The position numbers and the translations under genes were made by a program. A stretch of DNA of 64,000 bases. Origin: an uncultured Verrucomicrobiae bacterium. Lineage in GTDB: Bacteria; Verrucomicrobiota; Verrucomicrobiia; Chthoniobacterales; JAFAMB01. Under the pieces are notes generated by a model that was not told where the DNA came from, did not search any database, and was given only the letters and a program-made list of their open reading frames with translations. Positions 1 to 10,346 of the stretch are shown here, one piece after another (the first letter of the stretch is position 1; the number at the start of each line of letters is the position of its first letter). The DNA lies in the NCBI GenBank assembly GCA_963837955.1, contig CAWIPH010000002.1:3488001-3552000 (forward strand). The letters are read 5' to 3'.

Positions 1-683
1 CTGGCAGCAGCGAAGACCCCATTTGGTTGAACCGCACCGATCCATGAACAAAGGAGATATCCTGAGATTAGCGCGAGCGGAATGGCGGTTAGCCGCGCCC
101 AGGCGTACCTGATCGCGTTAAGCACGAGAACAAATGTCACAACGAATGCCGCAACTGCGAGTCCGCTCCATGGGGGTAATGTACCACCCAGGCCAGACCC
201 AATACTTTTGAAGCCCACTGGAATCAGGGAAAGGCCGATTAGCAGAACGACGATTCCCGAGACCAGCGGGGTAAAGATTGTTCGCAACCTGGTTAAGAAT
301 TGGGCGAGCACCAGCTCAACCGGAGTACAAAGGAGGGACATTCCGAGCATAAGCGCTAGTCCTCCCGCGTGGCCCGCCTGAACGAGCGGAACCAGGAATG
401 CGAAGCTGGTTCCTTGAACCGCGAGCAAGCGCGAGCCAAACCAACCGAGACCATGAACTTGGACGAGCGTGCCGATTCCCGAGGCCAACAGACCCATGCT
501 CACTAAATAGGCTCCTTCTTCGACCGGCAAGTTCAACGCTTGAGCAACCAATAGCGGTACGCTGACCACTCCGACAAACATTGCGAGAACATGTTGTATC
601 CCAACCAGGAACGCGATGCGCAGCGGTAAGCGATCGTCCAGGCGATACAACAAACTTGATGCAGAATTTCCCTGAGTGCCCAT
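1..683 (-). CDS. NCS2-family xanthine/uracil permease (runs off window start)
   Basis: Not in the ORF track. Manual translation from ATG 683: MGTQGNSASSLLYRLDDRLPLRIAFLVGIQHVLAMF...GSRLLAVQGTSFAF...FTPLVSGIVVLLIGLSL, containing the NCS2 QH and GTSFAF motifs. Confidence 0.85.
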   Translation of the reverse strand, partial: MGTQGNSASSLLYRLDDRLPLRIAFLVGIQHVLAMFVGVVSVPLLVAQALNLPVEEGAYLVSMGLLASGIGTLVQVHGLGWFGSRLLAVQGTSFAFLVPLVQAGHAGGLALMLGMSLLCTPVELVLAQFLTRLRTIFTPLVSGIVVLLIGLSLIPVGFKSIGSGLGGTLPPWSGLAVAAFVVTFVLVLNAIRYAWARLTAIPLALISGYLLCSWIGAVQPNGVFAAA

Positions 684-718
684 TGCGAGCCGAAGCTACA
701 TGGACTTTGGCTTTTCCG

Positions 719-751
719 AAAAAGAAAAAAAGGGAGCGCAATATCCACTCC
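719..751 (-). terminator. Possible intrinsic terminator after recO
   Basis: Minus strand GGAGTG-gatattg-CGCTCC stem (one G-U pair) followed by CTTTTTTTCTTTTT. Confidence 0.4.
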
Positions 752-788
752 ATCACTCGACCGCCGGACCACTTCTTGTTCTTCTTCC

Positions 789-1331
789 TCACGCTTGAAG
801 CAGCGTCAGTAATTTGGTGCGCGTAGCTCGGGCTCGTTGAAGGGAGTGGAGCAAATGATTGACGGTTTGCTCTGACCTACTGCTCTCCAGACCGAGTGTC
901 TTGGCTAATTCCTCCTCAAAAAAATGTACTGCGCGAGGAGTCACCGGCTTTGCTTGTAAATAAAGAAACGCTCGAATCAGGAGCTCGTATATGGCCGTTT
1001 CGGAGTGTTCTGGCTCGGTCGTTTCGTCCACTAATTCCGCGAAATATCCGGCCGCCAGCGTGCTGGCGTAATTCCGACGTATCTCAGTAAAGGGCTCGAT
1101 CAATACCACTTCGCGCAACGTATGCAGTTCGCTTCGTCGCGACCAGGCCACCGTTAACTCACATCGAAAAAACAAATCCAGCTTTCCAGCAAAACTGCTT
1201 TTGGCGCGGAGCGCCCCTTTCGCCACTGTCTTCAGTTTTCCCCGCTCCCGGCTAAACCAGGAAACGATCAGGCTGGTGTCGGAAAACCGGGTCCGACGGA
1301 GGAGCAGAGCGTTCAGCGTTTCCGCGGCCAT
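789..1331 (-). CDS. recO: DNA repair protein RecO
   Basis: ALLLRRTRFSDTSLIVSWFSRERGKLKTVAKGA OB-fold N-terminus typical of RecO. Confidence 0.9.
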   Translation of the reverse strand: MAAETLNALLLRRTRFSDTSLIVSWFSRERGKLKTVAKGALRAKSSFAGKLDLFFRCELTVAWSRRSELHTLREVVLIEPFTEIRRNYASTLAAGYFAELVDETTEPEHSETAIYELLIRAFLYLQAKPVTPRAVHFFEEELAKTLGLESSRSEQTVNHLLHSLQRARATRTKLLTLLQA

Positions 1332-1340
1332 CTCGGAGAG

Positions 1341-1889
1341 CTACTGCTTCTTCTTTGCACTCGGTTTGCTTCGACCGACGGTGACTAGGGGACTTCTGCC
1401 TTTGGCCAAACTACGGATCTGCTCTCTCTCAAAGGCATTGATCATCGGCTTAAGACCGGGCTCGATCCTCCGCATCTCTGCGCATACCGAATAATAGTAG
1501 GCTCGCATATAATTTTTGCGGGCCTCATCTGTCAATGCCCCACGCGATTGCTCAAGCAAATAGATCGGCCGAGCAGTCCGCATCGCCGCGGTCCGAATCG
1601 CAGTAAAACGAGCTTCGTTCTGCTTTTGCTGTTCTGGCGAGATCGGAGCTGGGGTCGCGGCGTTTGTGCCGAGATCGAGCCGCGCCCCGGTCCCTGGTAG
1701 CGCATCCGATTTGGGCAGAAGTTCTGGAACCTTTTGCGCCTGGGCCCCTTCCGGCATCTCCGGAGTCTCGTGGCGGCGCAACGGAATTCGGCCTGCCGTC
1801 GGGGATGGCGCAGGTTCTTGGGCCAGCAAAATCACAGCACAAAATACGAACCCAAGAAGATATTTTGCCGGAGAGTCCGTCACTCGCAT
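1341..1889 (-). CDS. Hypothetical exported protein
   Basis: Probable start MRVTDSPAKYLLGFVFCAVILLAQ (signal-like), Pro-rich linker, helical C-terminus; 9 bp upstream of recO. Confidence 0.6.
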   Translation of the reverse strand: MRVTDSPAKYLLGFVFCAVILLAQEPAPSPTAGRIPLRRHETPEMPEGAQAQKVPELLPKSDALPGTGARLDLGTNAATPAPISPEQQKQNEARFTAIRTAAMRTARPIYLLEQSRGALTDEARKNYMRAYYYSVCAEMRRIEPGLKPMINAFEREQIRSLAKGRSPLVTVGRSKPSAKKKQ

Positions 1890-2005
1890 ACTCCTTCGCC
1901 GTCTGGTTGGGTCACTACAGCTTTTGCCTTTCGCAAAAAAGCCTATGGCGTGGCTCCGCGCAACCGGTAGCTTGCTAGGCCCAGGCTCAAAATCCCGGCT
2001 TGGCG

Positions 2006-3706
2006 CTACATCCGACTTCCGATGATACCCATCTGATACGCTCTCGCCCATTCGATGGTGACTTGGGAGACTGGGCTATCCGAAACAAACTCAAAAGAGC
2101 CGGGCTCCATTTCAGCTTTTCCGGGAACCGAGACTCCATTCAATTTGCCGGAAACCAAGTGACCGTTGCTTAAAAACACATAAGTACCGCCCAACGAGAC
2201 TTGGAATTGAATCGAGCCTTTTGCATCACCATTCGCTTGTAAACCGGCAACAAGGAGCTGTCCGGTCCAAAGGTAGTTCTCCCGCAAAAATCGGCGGGTA
2301 CGCTCCGGGTAACGATCTGACCGGACCGCCACCATGGTCCGTTTTGCCATAAGTTGTTCCGGAATTTGGTCCGGCAACAGGCCTTGGCGGTATCGTCGCA
2401 AGGTAAACAACTCCAGAACCTCATAGATTGGCCGGGGACGAAGGATGACGTCACCTTTAGGATCCAGCACCGTTTCGTCGGATTTGGTCAGCCGGAGAAC
2501 TTCACCGATACGACGCGCTTCGATCGGATCGGATCGCCACTTGCGCCGTAAAACCGAAGCATTCCAACCGCCCTCCACTAAAAGCAAGAATGCAAAACAG
2601 ACTGGGCTGACTAGCTGCCAAGATCCAAGTCGCTGCGAGAAAAAGAGAAACAAGGCAGATAAACAGGCGAGCAGTAAAGGATAATACGGGAGAAAATCTT
2701 GGAGGGTAACCACTGGCCACAGACCGAGCAGGAGCAACGGGTAAAGTCCGGCGAATAGCACAAGAAACGCGATTCGGAAGCGTCTTTCCGGGTCGTCCGA
2801 TTTTCGGAGTTGAAACGCGACAAAATAAACGGCCGGAATAAACAACCAGAACCGGGGATCAGACAAACCGCGTAGCAATCGATGGGAAAATTCAACATTG
2901 TCTCCGCCCAAATTATGTTCGACAACGCAGCGGTACATCGCTGGTCCGGCACCTAACGCGATAAAAAAACAGAGAATGCCTCCGCTAAAAACCAAGAAGC
3001 CGGCCAAGGCTAACGCCGATCCCCTAAGCACGGCGGCCAGGTGCGCTTTTCCTGGTCTCGAGTCAAACCGAGCTCGCAACATCAAGGCAGCACCAAAAGC
3101 GACAGCCGCCGCGAGTAGCAGCAAAATTGATTTCAACGAGACACTTAAGCACGCGGCCAAGAGTAACCCGCCCCAGAAACATTTTGGGCCCCGACCTATC
3201 CTCGACGTGACCAGCGCAATCCAACCGATCCAGAGCGTGGTCCACAGCGAGTCAGTACGAAATTCGGCTCCATCGAGAAAGAACGGAGGGAAAAAAGCCA
3301 ATGCGATTACTGCCCATCGAGCGGCCTGAGCGGAAAATAGAAAAATGCAAATTCGCCAAACCAGGAACAGTGTCACCAGATTTAAGCCGATGATGCCGCA
3401 TCGCAGGAGAGCTAGAATATCGGCCTTATCACCGATCAGGGCTACCAGCGGTGCGCTTAAAAGGTGAAAGAGCGGTGTGTGGTTATCGAAAACGTCCCGG
3501 TATTGGACTAGGCCGTGCACCCAGGCCCAGGCAACGTGAGCATGCTGCGGTTCATCCGAATTAGCTTCCTGCCACCAGGCAAGCACTACCCGAGACACGA
3601 CGAATAGCGCGACTGCGAACCTAAATAGCCAGACCTGCCACTGAATTCTTCGACCTTCGAAAGATGGGTCTGGTGCCCCGTTGGGGCCTCCAGGTTTCTG
3701 CTGCAT
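2006..3706 (-). CDS. GT-C (ArnT/PMT-like) polytopic membrane glycosyltransferase
   Basis: NSDEPQH...YRDVFDNHTPLF first-loop motif, about 12 hydrophobic segments, soluble C-terminal domain. Confidence 0.75.
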   Translation of the reverse strand: MQQKPGGPNGAPDPSFEGRRIQWQVWLFRFAVALFVVSRVVLAWWQEANSDEPQHAHVAWAWVHGLVQYRDVFDNHTPLFHLLSAPLVALIGDKADILALLRCGIIGLNLVTLFLVWRICIFLFSAQAARWAVIALAFFPPFFLDGAEFRTDSLWTTLWIGWIALVTSRIGRGPKCFWGGLLLAACLSVSLKSILLLLAAAVAFGAALMLRARFDSRPGKAHLAAVLRGSALALAGFLVFSGGILCFFIALGAGPAMYRCVVEHNLGGDNVEFSHRLLRGLSDPRFWLFIPAVYFVAFQLRKSDDPERRFRIAFLVLFAGLYPLLLLGLWPVVTLQDFLPYYPLLLACLSALFLFFSQRLGSWQLVSPVCFAFLLLVEGGWNASVLRRKWRSDPIEARRIGEVLRLTKSDETVLDPKGDVILRPRPIYEVLELFTLRRYRQGLLPDQIPEQLMAKRTMVAVRSDRYPERTRRFLRENYLWTGQLLVAGLQANGDAKGSIQFQVSLGGTYVFLSNGHLVSGKLNGVSVPGKAEMEPGSFEFVSDSPVSQVTIEWARAYQMGIIGSRM

Positions 3707-3723
3707 CGTCGGTCAGGATGCGC

Positions 3724-4862
3724 TCAATGCGCCTCCGGGTCCAACGGGGTCTCGCTGAGTGAGAACTGTTCTGTTTCGAATTCTGTCTCCCTTTTTTGGG
3801 GCGCTGCGTTCTCCTCGGTCCGCTCGGGTACCGCCACTCTGAGCCAGCCAAACCGGTCAAAAAAGAGCGTGCGAGCGACTACTTTCAAATAACCGGTCTG
3901 TGATTCAGGTAGCAGCTTGATCGGCAGCGAAAGTCGTAGATGATTTGATCTCTTCTCACCCTCGACCTGCCCAAGAAAGCTCCAGTTCCGCCATCCTCAA
4001 GAACGAACGGCCTGCGGCCGAATCTGAGATTGATGCGCCAAGTGATAGGGTCGGCGTCGTAAGGAGAAAAGACGAAGAGTATCTCGCGCGCACGTTGGAG
4101 TAGTTGAGGTGCGTCTATTTCCAGATTCAGACTGAGCGGTCCGTGGCTCACTCTTAAGCCGTGATGAACCGCAGCCGTTTCCGTCGGATCTGACTGATAA
4201 TAGGCCTCGGTCGGTTGAGCGAACCGAGTAAATCTCTCCGGGAAAAGATGGAGCTGACTGCCGTAGCAATCGATCGTCGCGCGCTTGCGAAGCCGTTCCT
4301 CTTCGGTGAGGTGCAGCTCTCGGGTTGGCGATACCGGTAGCCGGTGCGGTTGATGAACGATATAGCAATAACAGGGCGTCGACGGACGCGCAGATCTCTC
4401 CGTGGCCAGGCCGATGGCTACGCTCAATGCACTGTGGTCCGGATGCGCATCGTAAATGGACGGCGCTATAATCAAAGTCGGCTTGAATTGATCAATCTCC
4501 TCCCGAAGAATCGCTGACAATCGGGCCGGAATTTTCCGCAAAAGAGAGGTCATTTCTTGGTCCGGCAGATTTAAGAATCGCAACGTTCCCCGTTTTCCCA
4601 ACCCCATAGTTTCGGCCGCGGCTCGCACCTCTCGCTTGCGAAGCTCTCCCCACCGAAGCCGATCGCTCTCGGTTATCCGCCATCTCCGTTCCACGTAGCG
4701 TTGGGCCCAGACGTTGTTGTCACCGTTCGTCGCAAAAACAAGGTGAGCGCGCGCACCTACTAAGGCGACCCGCTGTAGTAGCCCTGCAGCGGCCAAGCCT
4801 TCATCGTCCGGATGGGGAGCGAAAAACAGCACCCTATCAGATTCGGAGAGAGAAATTGTCAT
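3724..4862 (-). CDS. PIG-L/LmbE-family deacetylase, apparent frameshift near 3950
   Basis: APHPDDE and DAHPDH motifs. Track ORF stops at 3885, but a shifted frame continues SNHLRLSLPIKLLPESQTGYLKVVARTLFFDRFGWLRV... to TGA at 3724, 17 bp before the next gene. Confidence 0.8.
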
Positions 4863-5001
4863 TAGGAAAAAGCCTCAGCCATTTCGCTTCTTTCAGTGCA
4901 TTCGGCAAATGACGATTTTGTCATGGGTATCCTAGCGCCGGACCTGCTACGACAGAATCCCTTTCGGGACGGCTGCAATTTGTTCGCGTGGGTCGACGCC
5001 T

Positions 5002-6219
5002 TCAGTTTACCGGCGTTGCACTCCGTGCACGAGTCTCCCGCCAGTGCTTTCTCCAAGCCTTATAGTCGGTTCGTACGAGGTCAATCATGGATGCTACCGT
5101 CTTACGGAAAGGCGGCACTCGGAACTCCGTAATTGCCTCTTTCAACTGATCTGCTGGAGCTGAAAGCAGATGGACGCTGGCTATTTCAAAGCCCATCGCC
5201 GTGAGCAGCCGATCTTGATCCAGGCTGACCCCTGTCGGATCCAGGTAGACCGCTGTCGGATCGCGGTTGACCGCTGTCGGATCCAGGCTGGCCGCTGTCG
5301 GATCCAGGCCCACATTCAATAGCGAGAGATCAATCCTGCCACAGTCTGACATCAAGGGACGAATCAGCCATCCGTCACGAATCATCGTGCCGGGACTGAA
5401 TGGCCGCTTTTCGGGTCGCAAGAGTTTATCCATTTCCAGCTCCCCTTTAGCCTGGCCGCTGGCCCAAATCGCAGCCGACAATGCGACGCTCTTCCCCTCA
5501 GCCGCCATCGGCCCTCCTTGATGTTCGGTGTAGCCAAAAAAGCGCTCGTGGCCGAGGCTTCCGAGGCCCTTGGTCAGCCCCTGCTTCATCTCTCTAAATT
5601 CTACTTCGGCTCCGGCAGGAAATGCTTCCCGCAACAACGTCGCCAGCCGTTGCGGAATCTTTTCTTCCGCCACAGGTTGAGTCTTATACTTTAACCAGCC
5701 TTTCCAAAAGCGTTTAGGCTCTTTCAGGACCGCGCGAACCATCCGGAGCAACCAGGCGTGCCGGCGCTCCAGAACAAAAGGCTCCCCTCCTCTTTCCAGG
5801 CCGGCCAGATATCCATCGCGAATCGCTTCACAGATCTCGCTCAATGTTAGTTCGCAATCCGGAATAACCTCGGAGGCGAGTTCGGCGCTAGCTGCGAGGC
5901 GCACGAGATCGATGGCAAACGACAATGTAGCCACTTCGTCATAATCGTTGACGCCCCAAATCAAACGACCACGGCCATCCCGCCAGCTTCCAAAGTTCTG
6001 AACATGCAGATCGCCAACCGCGACAACCGGCTGCGCGCGAGCCCACTCGGGACAAGCCTCGTTCCAACGCTCACACCACCGATAAAAGGTTGCTCGAAAA
6101 AACTCGAAGAGCTGTTCGCTCATCTTGTCGTGTTTTGTCAGCAAATGGTCATCCCGCAGGGTTATCTGCGTTCGGAGCCAGCTCTCGAATTCGGTAGTCG
6201 ATTGTACGATGTCGCGCAT
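5002..6219 (-). CDS. DUF2252-family (kinase-like) protein
   Basis: FEFFRATF, GDLHVQNFG, GVNDYDE and GLGSLG motifs. Confidence 0.8.
   Translation of the reverse strand: MRDIVQSTTEFESWLRTQITLRDDHLLTKHDKMSEQLFEFFRATFYRWCERWNEACPEWARAQPVVAVGDLHVQNFGSWRDGRGRLIWGVNDYDEVATLSFAIDLVRLAASAELASEVIPDCELTLSEICEAIRDGYLAGLERGGEPFVLERRHAWLLRMVRAVLKEPKRFWKGWLKYKTQPVAEEKIPQRLATLLREAFPAGAEVEFREMKQGLTKGLGSLGHERFFGYTEHQGGPMAAEGKSVALSAAIWASGQAKGELEMDKLLRPEKRPFSPGTMIRDGWLIRPLMSDCGRIDLSLLNVGLDPTAASLDPTAVNRDPTAVYLDPTGVSLDQDRLLTAMGFEIASVHLLSAPADQLKEAITEFRVPPFRKTVASMIDLVRTDYKAWRKHWRETRARSATPVN
5217..5308. repeat. In-frame 21-bp tandem repeat (about 4.3 copies) within DUF2252 gene
   Basis: Encodes LDPTAAS-LDPTAVN-RDPTAVY-LDPTGVS-LD. 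Confidence 0.9.
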
Positions 6220-6342
6220 AGAGATTGGTCGTCTCCTTTCCCGACGAACGCAGACATAGGGCAGGTGTGCTGCGATGTCGAACCAATTTCTTCAGTAGCT
6301 CGGCAGTTCTGTTAGCAAGTCCAGGACGGATATAACAGGGCA

Positions 6343-6930
6343 CTAACGACGTATCTTCGCTGCAATCTGCCGGGAAAGCTCAGTCACCTCATCCGCCAGC
6401 ATCGCAGCCAAACTCGGATAATGCCCGGGCTGCCAGCCGCTCCGGCGTATAACAAAGGACTTGCTCGCGATTCTGCTTCCTCCACCGGCTGAGCGCAGTT
6501 CCCACACGCCGGCCAAAACGACCTCTCCCGTATCGTATCCCTCGCATTGAGTGACTCGAATTGTCAGTTCGTAAGAATGCGGTGGTGGACTCGACATCGG
6601 TTGAAAACCGCTGGCGGAAATCCCCAACGCTCCCAGATTCAGTGCCACTCCTTGGGCGATCGTTTGATCGAGCGATGCGGCCCAAAACGCAGATCTTGAA
6701 TATTCGACCTGATTGTTGCGAAAACTAGCGAGGTTAGTTCGAGTGAGATAAGGAGGAATGATAACCCGGTTCACATAAACCAGCACCGAGTCCCTGATTG
6801 CGCGGGTGGCCGCCGCCTCGACAGCCGGTCCCGGACCGAGAGTATAGAATGTCGGGAGGGGCTCACTCGTCGCGCAACCACTGACGATGATTCCAATCAA
6901 AATCAGCGACTGGCGCCCGAATCCAATCAT
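6343..6930 (-). CDS. pqiC: PqiC-like ABC transport auxiliary lipoprotein
   Basis: Lipobox VSGC, TFYTL, PPYLTR and WAASL motifs; overlaps the MlaD gene by 4 bp. Confidence 0.8.
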   Translation of the reverse strand: MIGFGRQSLILIGIIVSGCATSEPLPTFYTLGPGPAVEAAATRAIRDSVLVYVNRVIIPPYLTRTNLASFRNNQVEYSRSAFWAASLDQTIAQGVALNLGALGISASGFQPMSSPPPHSYELTIRVTQCEGYDTGEVVLAGVWELRSAGGGSRIASKSFVIRRSGWQPGHYPSLAAMLADEVTELSRQIAAKIRR

Positions 6931-7928
6931 TGCTGTTTTGCCGGTTTGCGCCCGAAAATGATCGAATTCGGATTACGTTCCAGGAACTCCGAGAGCCGGC
7001 GCAACGAGTCGGCCGCCGTTCCGATTTGGGACAGCGCACTATCTAACTGATAACGGAAAGATGAATTCGTGCTCAGCATTTTATCTAGCTGAGCTGTCGC
7101 CGACTGCAATTGGGCCATCGTCTTTTTAGCCTCTTCCAAGGTCGGATTTAAGTTGTTAGAGATCGGATCCAACTCCTTGTCCAATTTTTTCAGAGTAGCG
7201 TCCAACTGGTCAAAAGATGTTTTCACGCTGGTTAACGCCCCCTTCAGCTCCGGACCATTAACTAAGTGATCCAACGATTTTCCGAGCTCAGCCAGATTCA
7301 ACGCATTGATGCCTTCGCGAGCGCTCACAATCAAAGACTGAAGGTCTTTGGAAATAGCAAGAAAATCGACGTTGCCCAGGTTTCCGATCGCTTTGGTGAG
7401 ATTGGCCAGAATTGCCTCAATGTCGGAAGGTTGAACCGGAATCTCCAAAACCCCCCCATCGGACTCTACATGATGGAAGACTGCTGGCGCCGCGTCGACC
7501 TTAACAAAATCGAGGGCAACATAAAGTTGTCCGCTAATTAAGCTTTCAAAATCGAGCCTGGCCCGTAGCCCCTGCTCGACTCGTTTCAAGTGCTGTTCAG
7601 GATCGGAGAGATCAATATTAATTGCGCCCGTGCCAAACTCTTTGACGACAAAATTCTCGCCGACTTCATAAAACACTTTGGCGTAGACCGGCTGATCTTC
7701 ACCGACAAAGCCCAACTGCACCTTGGTGACCTTGCCGATGGTAACCCCTTTGAACTTCACGTTGGAACCAACTTGCAGTCCGCTTACCGATTGATTGAAA
7801 TAAGAGACGAAAATCTGCTTCTTAGAGAGAAAATCGGCAGAGCCAAAAAAGATTGCCGCTCCGATACCAATCAATATCGCTCCAAAAACAAAAACGCCGA
7901 TTAACGTGGGATTCGCTTTCTGACTCAT
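6927..7928 (-). CDS. mlaD: MlaD/MCE-family protein
   Basis: NPTLIGVFV TM, SVSGLQVGSNVKFKGVTIGKV MCE motif, C-terminal LERNPNSIIFGR. Confidence 0.9.
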   Translation of the reverse strand: MSQKANPTLIGVFVFGAILIGIGAAIFFGSADFLSKKQIFVSYFNQSVSGLQVGSNVKFKGVTIGKVTKVQLGFVGEDQPVYAKVFYEVGENFVVKEFGTGAINIDLSDPEQHLKRVEQGLRARLDFESLISGQLYVALDFVKVDAAPAVFHHVESDGGVLEIPVQPSDIEAILANLTKAIGNLGNVDFLAISKDLQSLIVSAREGINALNLAELGKSLDHLVNGPELKGALTSVKTSFDQLDATLKKLDKELDPISNNLNPTLEEAKKTMAQLQSATAQLDKMLSTNSSFRYQLDSALSQIGTAADSLRRLSEFLERNPNSIIFGRKPAKQQ

Positions 7929-8785
7929 TTATTCGCTGGTCGATTCTCCATCGTAAGTTGTTTGGAATCCGCTTGGGCTGAAACTTCCTGGCCACGTAGC
8001 AAGAAAGTTCTCACTACCGGAGGACCTTCTTTAACCAATACCTTTGGATCGCCTTGAACCAGCATGCGTTTAGTCTCCGCGTCCAGAAAAATAGCGGTAT
8101 CAGCTATGGCAAAGATCGAGGGTAATTCGTGCGTAACAACCACGACCGTAGTGCCAAGGCTGTCCCGCAACTGCAAAATCAGCTCATCCAAACGACGTGA
8201 ACTAATCGGATCCAAGCCGGCCGAAGGTTCATCAAAGAAAAGAATTTCCGGATCCAACGCCATAGCGCGCGCCAGCCCTGCTCGTTTGCGCATTCCTCCA
8301 CTAATCTCTGAAGGATAGAAATCCTCAAAGCCTTTCAGACCAACCAAAGATAGTTTGAGGGAGGCCAATTCTCGGATCTCTTTCGCCGAAAGTTTCGTAT
8401 ACTCTTCGAGCGGTAGCCCGATGTTCTCGGCCAGGGTTCTCGAACTCCACAGGGCGCCAGCCTGATACAGTACCCCGAAGGTGCGTTGAACTTCCGCGCG
8501 CTCTTCTTCACTAGCTTTGACAAAACTCTTGCCTTTGTACAGGACATCGCCGCGCGTCACTTCCTTCAACCCAATCATGTATTTCAGCAATGTACTTTTG
8601 CCGCACCCGCTCCCTCCCATAATGGCCAGTACCTGACTTTTTGCGACGGTGAAGTTAATGTCTCGCATCACCACGTATGAGCCATAGCTCATCTCGAGAT
8701 CCCGTACCTCGATTTCTGGTGTAACTTTGGCCGGTGACAAAGATAGGGAGTTAGAGTCGCCTAACGCTGTGGATTCAGATCTCAT
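7925..8785 (-). CDS. mlaF: MlaF-like ABC ATP-binding protein
   Basis: GGSGCGKS, ISGGMRKRAGLARA, FFDEPSAGLDP. Confidence 0.9.
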   Translation of the reverse strand: MRSESTALGDSNSLSLSPAKVTPEIEVRDLEMSYGSYVVMRDINFTVAKSQVLAIMGGSGCGKSTLLKYMIGLKEVTRGDVLYKGKSFVKASEEERAEVQRTFGVLYQAGALWSSRTLAENIGLPLEEYTKLSAKEIRELASLKLSLVGLKGFEDFYPSEISGGMRKRAGLARAMALDPEILFFDEPSAGLDPISSRRLDELILQLRDSLGTTVVVVTHELPSIFAIADTAIFLDAETKRMLVQGDPKVLVKEGPPVVRTFLLRGQEVSAQADSKQLTMENRPANK

Positions 8786-8806
8786 CTAGGCTTCAGGCGC
8801 AATCCG

Positions 8807-9964
8807 CTATATCTTGAGCACCTCAATCAGCACGTCGATTATCGCATCGGAGCCGACAATCCAAGTAATTGCCAGAACGACTGCCGAGGTTGCTGCATTG
8901 CCGACACCCGCGGCGTTATTCTCACACTTCATACCGCGTTGACAGCCGGTCAGCGCGACGATCACCCCAAACACCGAATTCTTGACCACACCGATGACAA
9001 TATCGGTCAAACCCATAGAACCCAGCGTCTGGTTCCAATACTGCACCAACGATATCTTGAGAAGTCCGATCCCGACGACTGCTCCGCCCGCGATACCGAT
9101 CAGATCAGAATAAAGGCAAAGCAACGGCATCATCAAAAAGAGCGCCACTACCCGTGGACTAACCAAAAAATCAATCGGTGAAATTGCGAGCGTACTCAGG
9201 GCATCGAGTTCCTCCGAAACTTTCATGCTGCCAATTTGCGCTGCGAAAGCCGCTCCGGTTCGGCCGGCCATAATGATCCCCGTCATGATTGCTCCCATTT
9301 CGCGAGCCATCGCAACTGCCACCAAATTCGCAACGTAAATTCCGGCGCCAAATTGCCGTAATTGGATAGCACCGACGAAGGCAAGAATTAAACCGGTCAA
9401 AAAACTGATCATGCCCACGATGGGCAAAGCTTCGGCACTACACTCCTGCAAGGTGAGCCAATACAGACGCCAGTCTACTTTGCCACGTCGGGAAAGAATT
9501 CTTTGGAAGCTGAGGACGCATTCGCCGGTGAATTCGAAGGCGGCATTCAGCATGCCGATTCTGCCCAGAACCCAATTTCCCAGTTTATAAAAAAGAGAGT
9601 GCCGAACGCTGGGCCCGCGTCCGGTCTGTTGCTCAGGGACCGCAGTAGCCAGATGGAGCAAACTAGAAATTCCTTTCGGCAAGTCGTCCTCCGCAAACTT
9701 GACCTGACGACTCTTACACCACTCTTCCACTTCCCATAAAAAGACGAGAAGGCTGCTATCCCAAGATTTTACTTCGCTGGTTACACACTGGATCAACCGC
9801 AGGCCAGGTTCTCGCTCCAGACCTGCGAGGACCGTTTCCGCACGCAAACGCTCAGGCGATTTGAGACTCCAATCACCGCCGAACACTAACTTGAGCTGGT
9901 CGCCCGTCCGTTCCATTTTGACTGTGGGCCGTGCGAGATCGGACGTTGCTGTTAATTGCTTCAT
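8807..9964 (-). CDS. mlaE: MlaE-family permease with N-terminal STAS-like domain
   Basis: AREMGAIMTGIIMAGRTGAAFAAQIGSMKVSEELDAL motif; WDSS in N-terminal domain. Confidence 0.9.
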   Translation of the reverse strand: MKQLTATSDLARPTVKMERTGDQLKLVFGGDWSLKSPERLRAETVLAGLEREPGLRLIQCVTSEVKSWDSSLLVFLWEVEEWCKSRQVKFAEDDLPKGISSLLHLATAVPEQQTGRGPSVRHSLFYKLGNWVLGRIGMLNAAFEFTGECVLSFQRILSRRGKVDWRLYWLTLQECSAEALPIVGMISFLTGLILAFVGAIQLRQFGAGIYVANLVAVAMAREMGAIMTGIIMAGRTGAAFAAQIGSMKVSEELDALSTLAISPIDFLVSPRVVALFLMMPLLCLYSDLIGIAGGAVVGIGLLKISLVQYWNQTLGSMGLTDIVIGVVKNSVFGVIVALTGCQRGMKCENNAAGVGNAATSAVVLAITWIVGSDAIIDVLIEVLKI

Positions 9965-10346
9965 GAGATTGGTCTCGGCCGACAGATCCTTTCCCCGGCT
10001 TGTCCCCGTATTGCCCGAAGACCAAGGAGGAAGAGAGGACTCTGCCCGAGGTTTCGCCGCGGCGAGCGTTTAGTCAAACGAAGCACCCCGAGGGGCTCCC
10101 ACGCATGACTCCCACCGACAAGTCTCCTTGATGGTATTTCTTCAATAACGCCCGCTATTATATCAAGATCCTATGTTTTGCACTCCCATTCTAGCATTCG
10201 AGACCATCGGTTTCCGGACCGGGGTCTCCGAATGTGCGAGCGATTCATGACTTTAGATTCAGAATTTATGGCCGGCCATCACTCGGAAGGCCTGGTTTGC
10301 GGCTACCATTAGTTGCTCAGGCACTAATCGTTCCTAATTTGTTATC

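Noticed and set aside
82..826. Track ORFs 82-381, 316-792, 533-772, 581-826
   Set aside because: Shadow frames of the NCS2 permease, which the track missed because it has no stop within the window
9965..10346. Riboswitch upstream of mlaE or the MFS gene
   Set aside because: Some small hairpins but no aptamer consensus I can recognise
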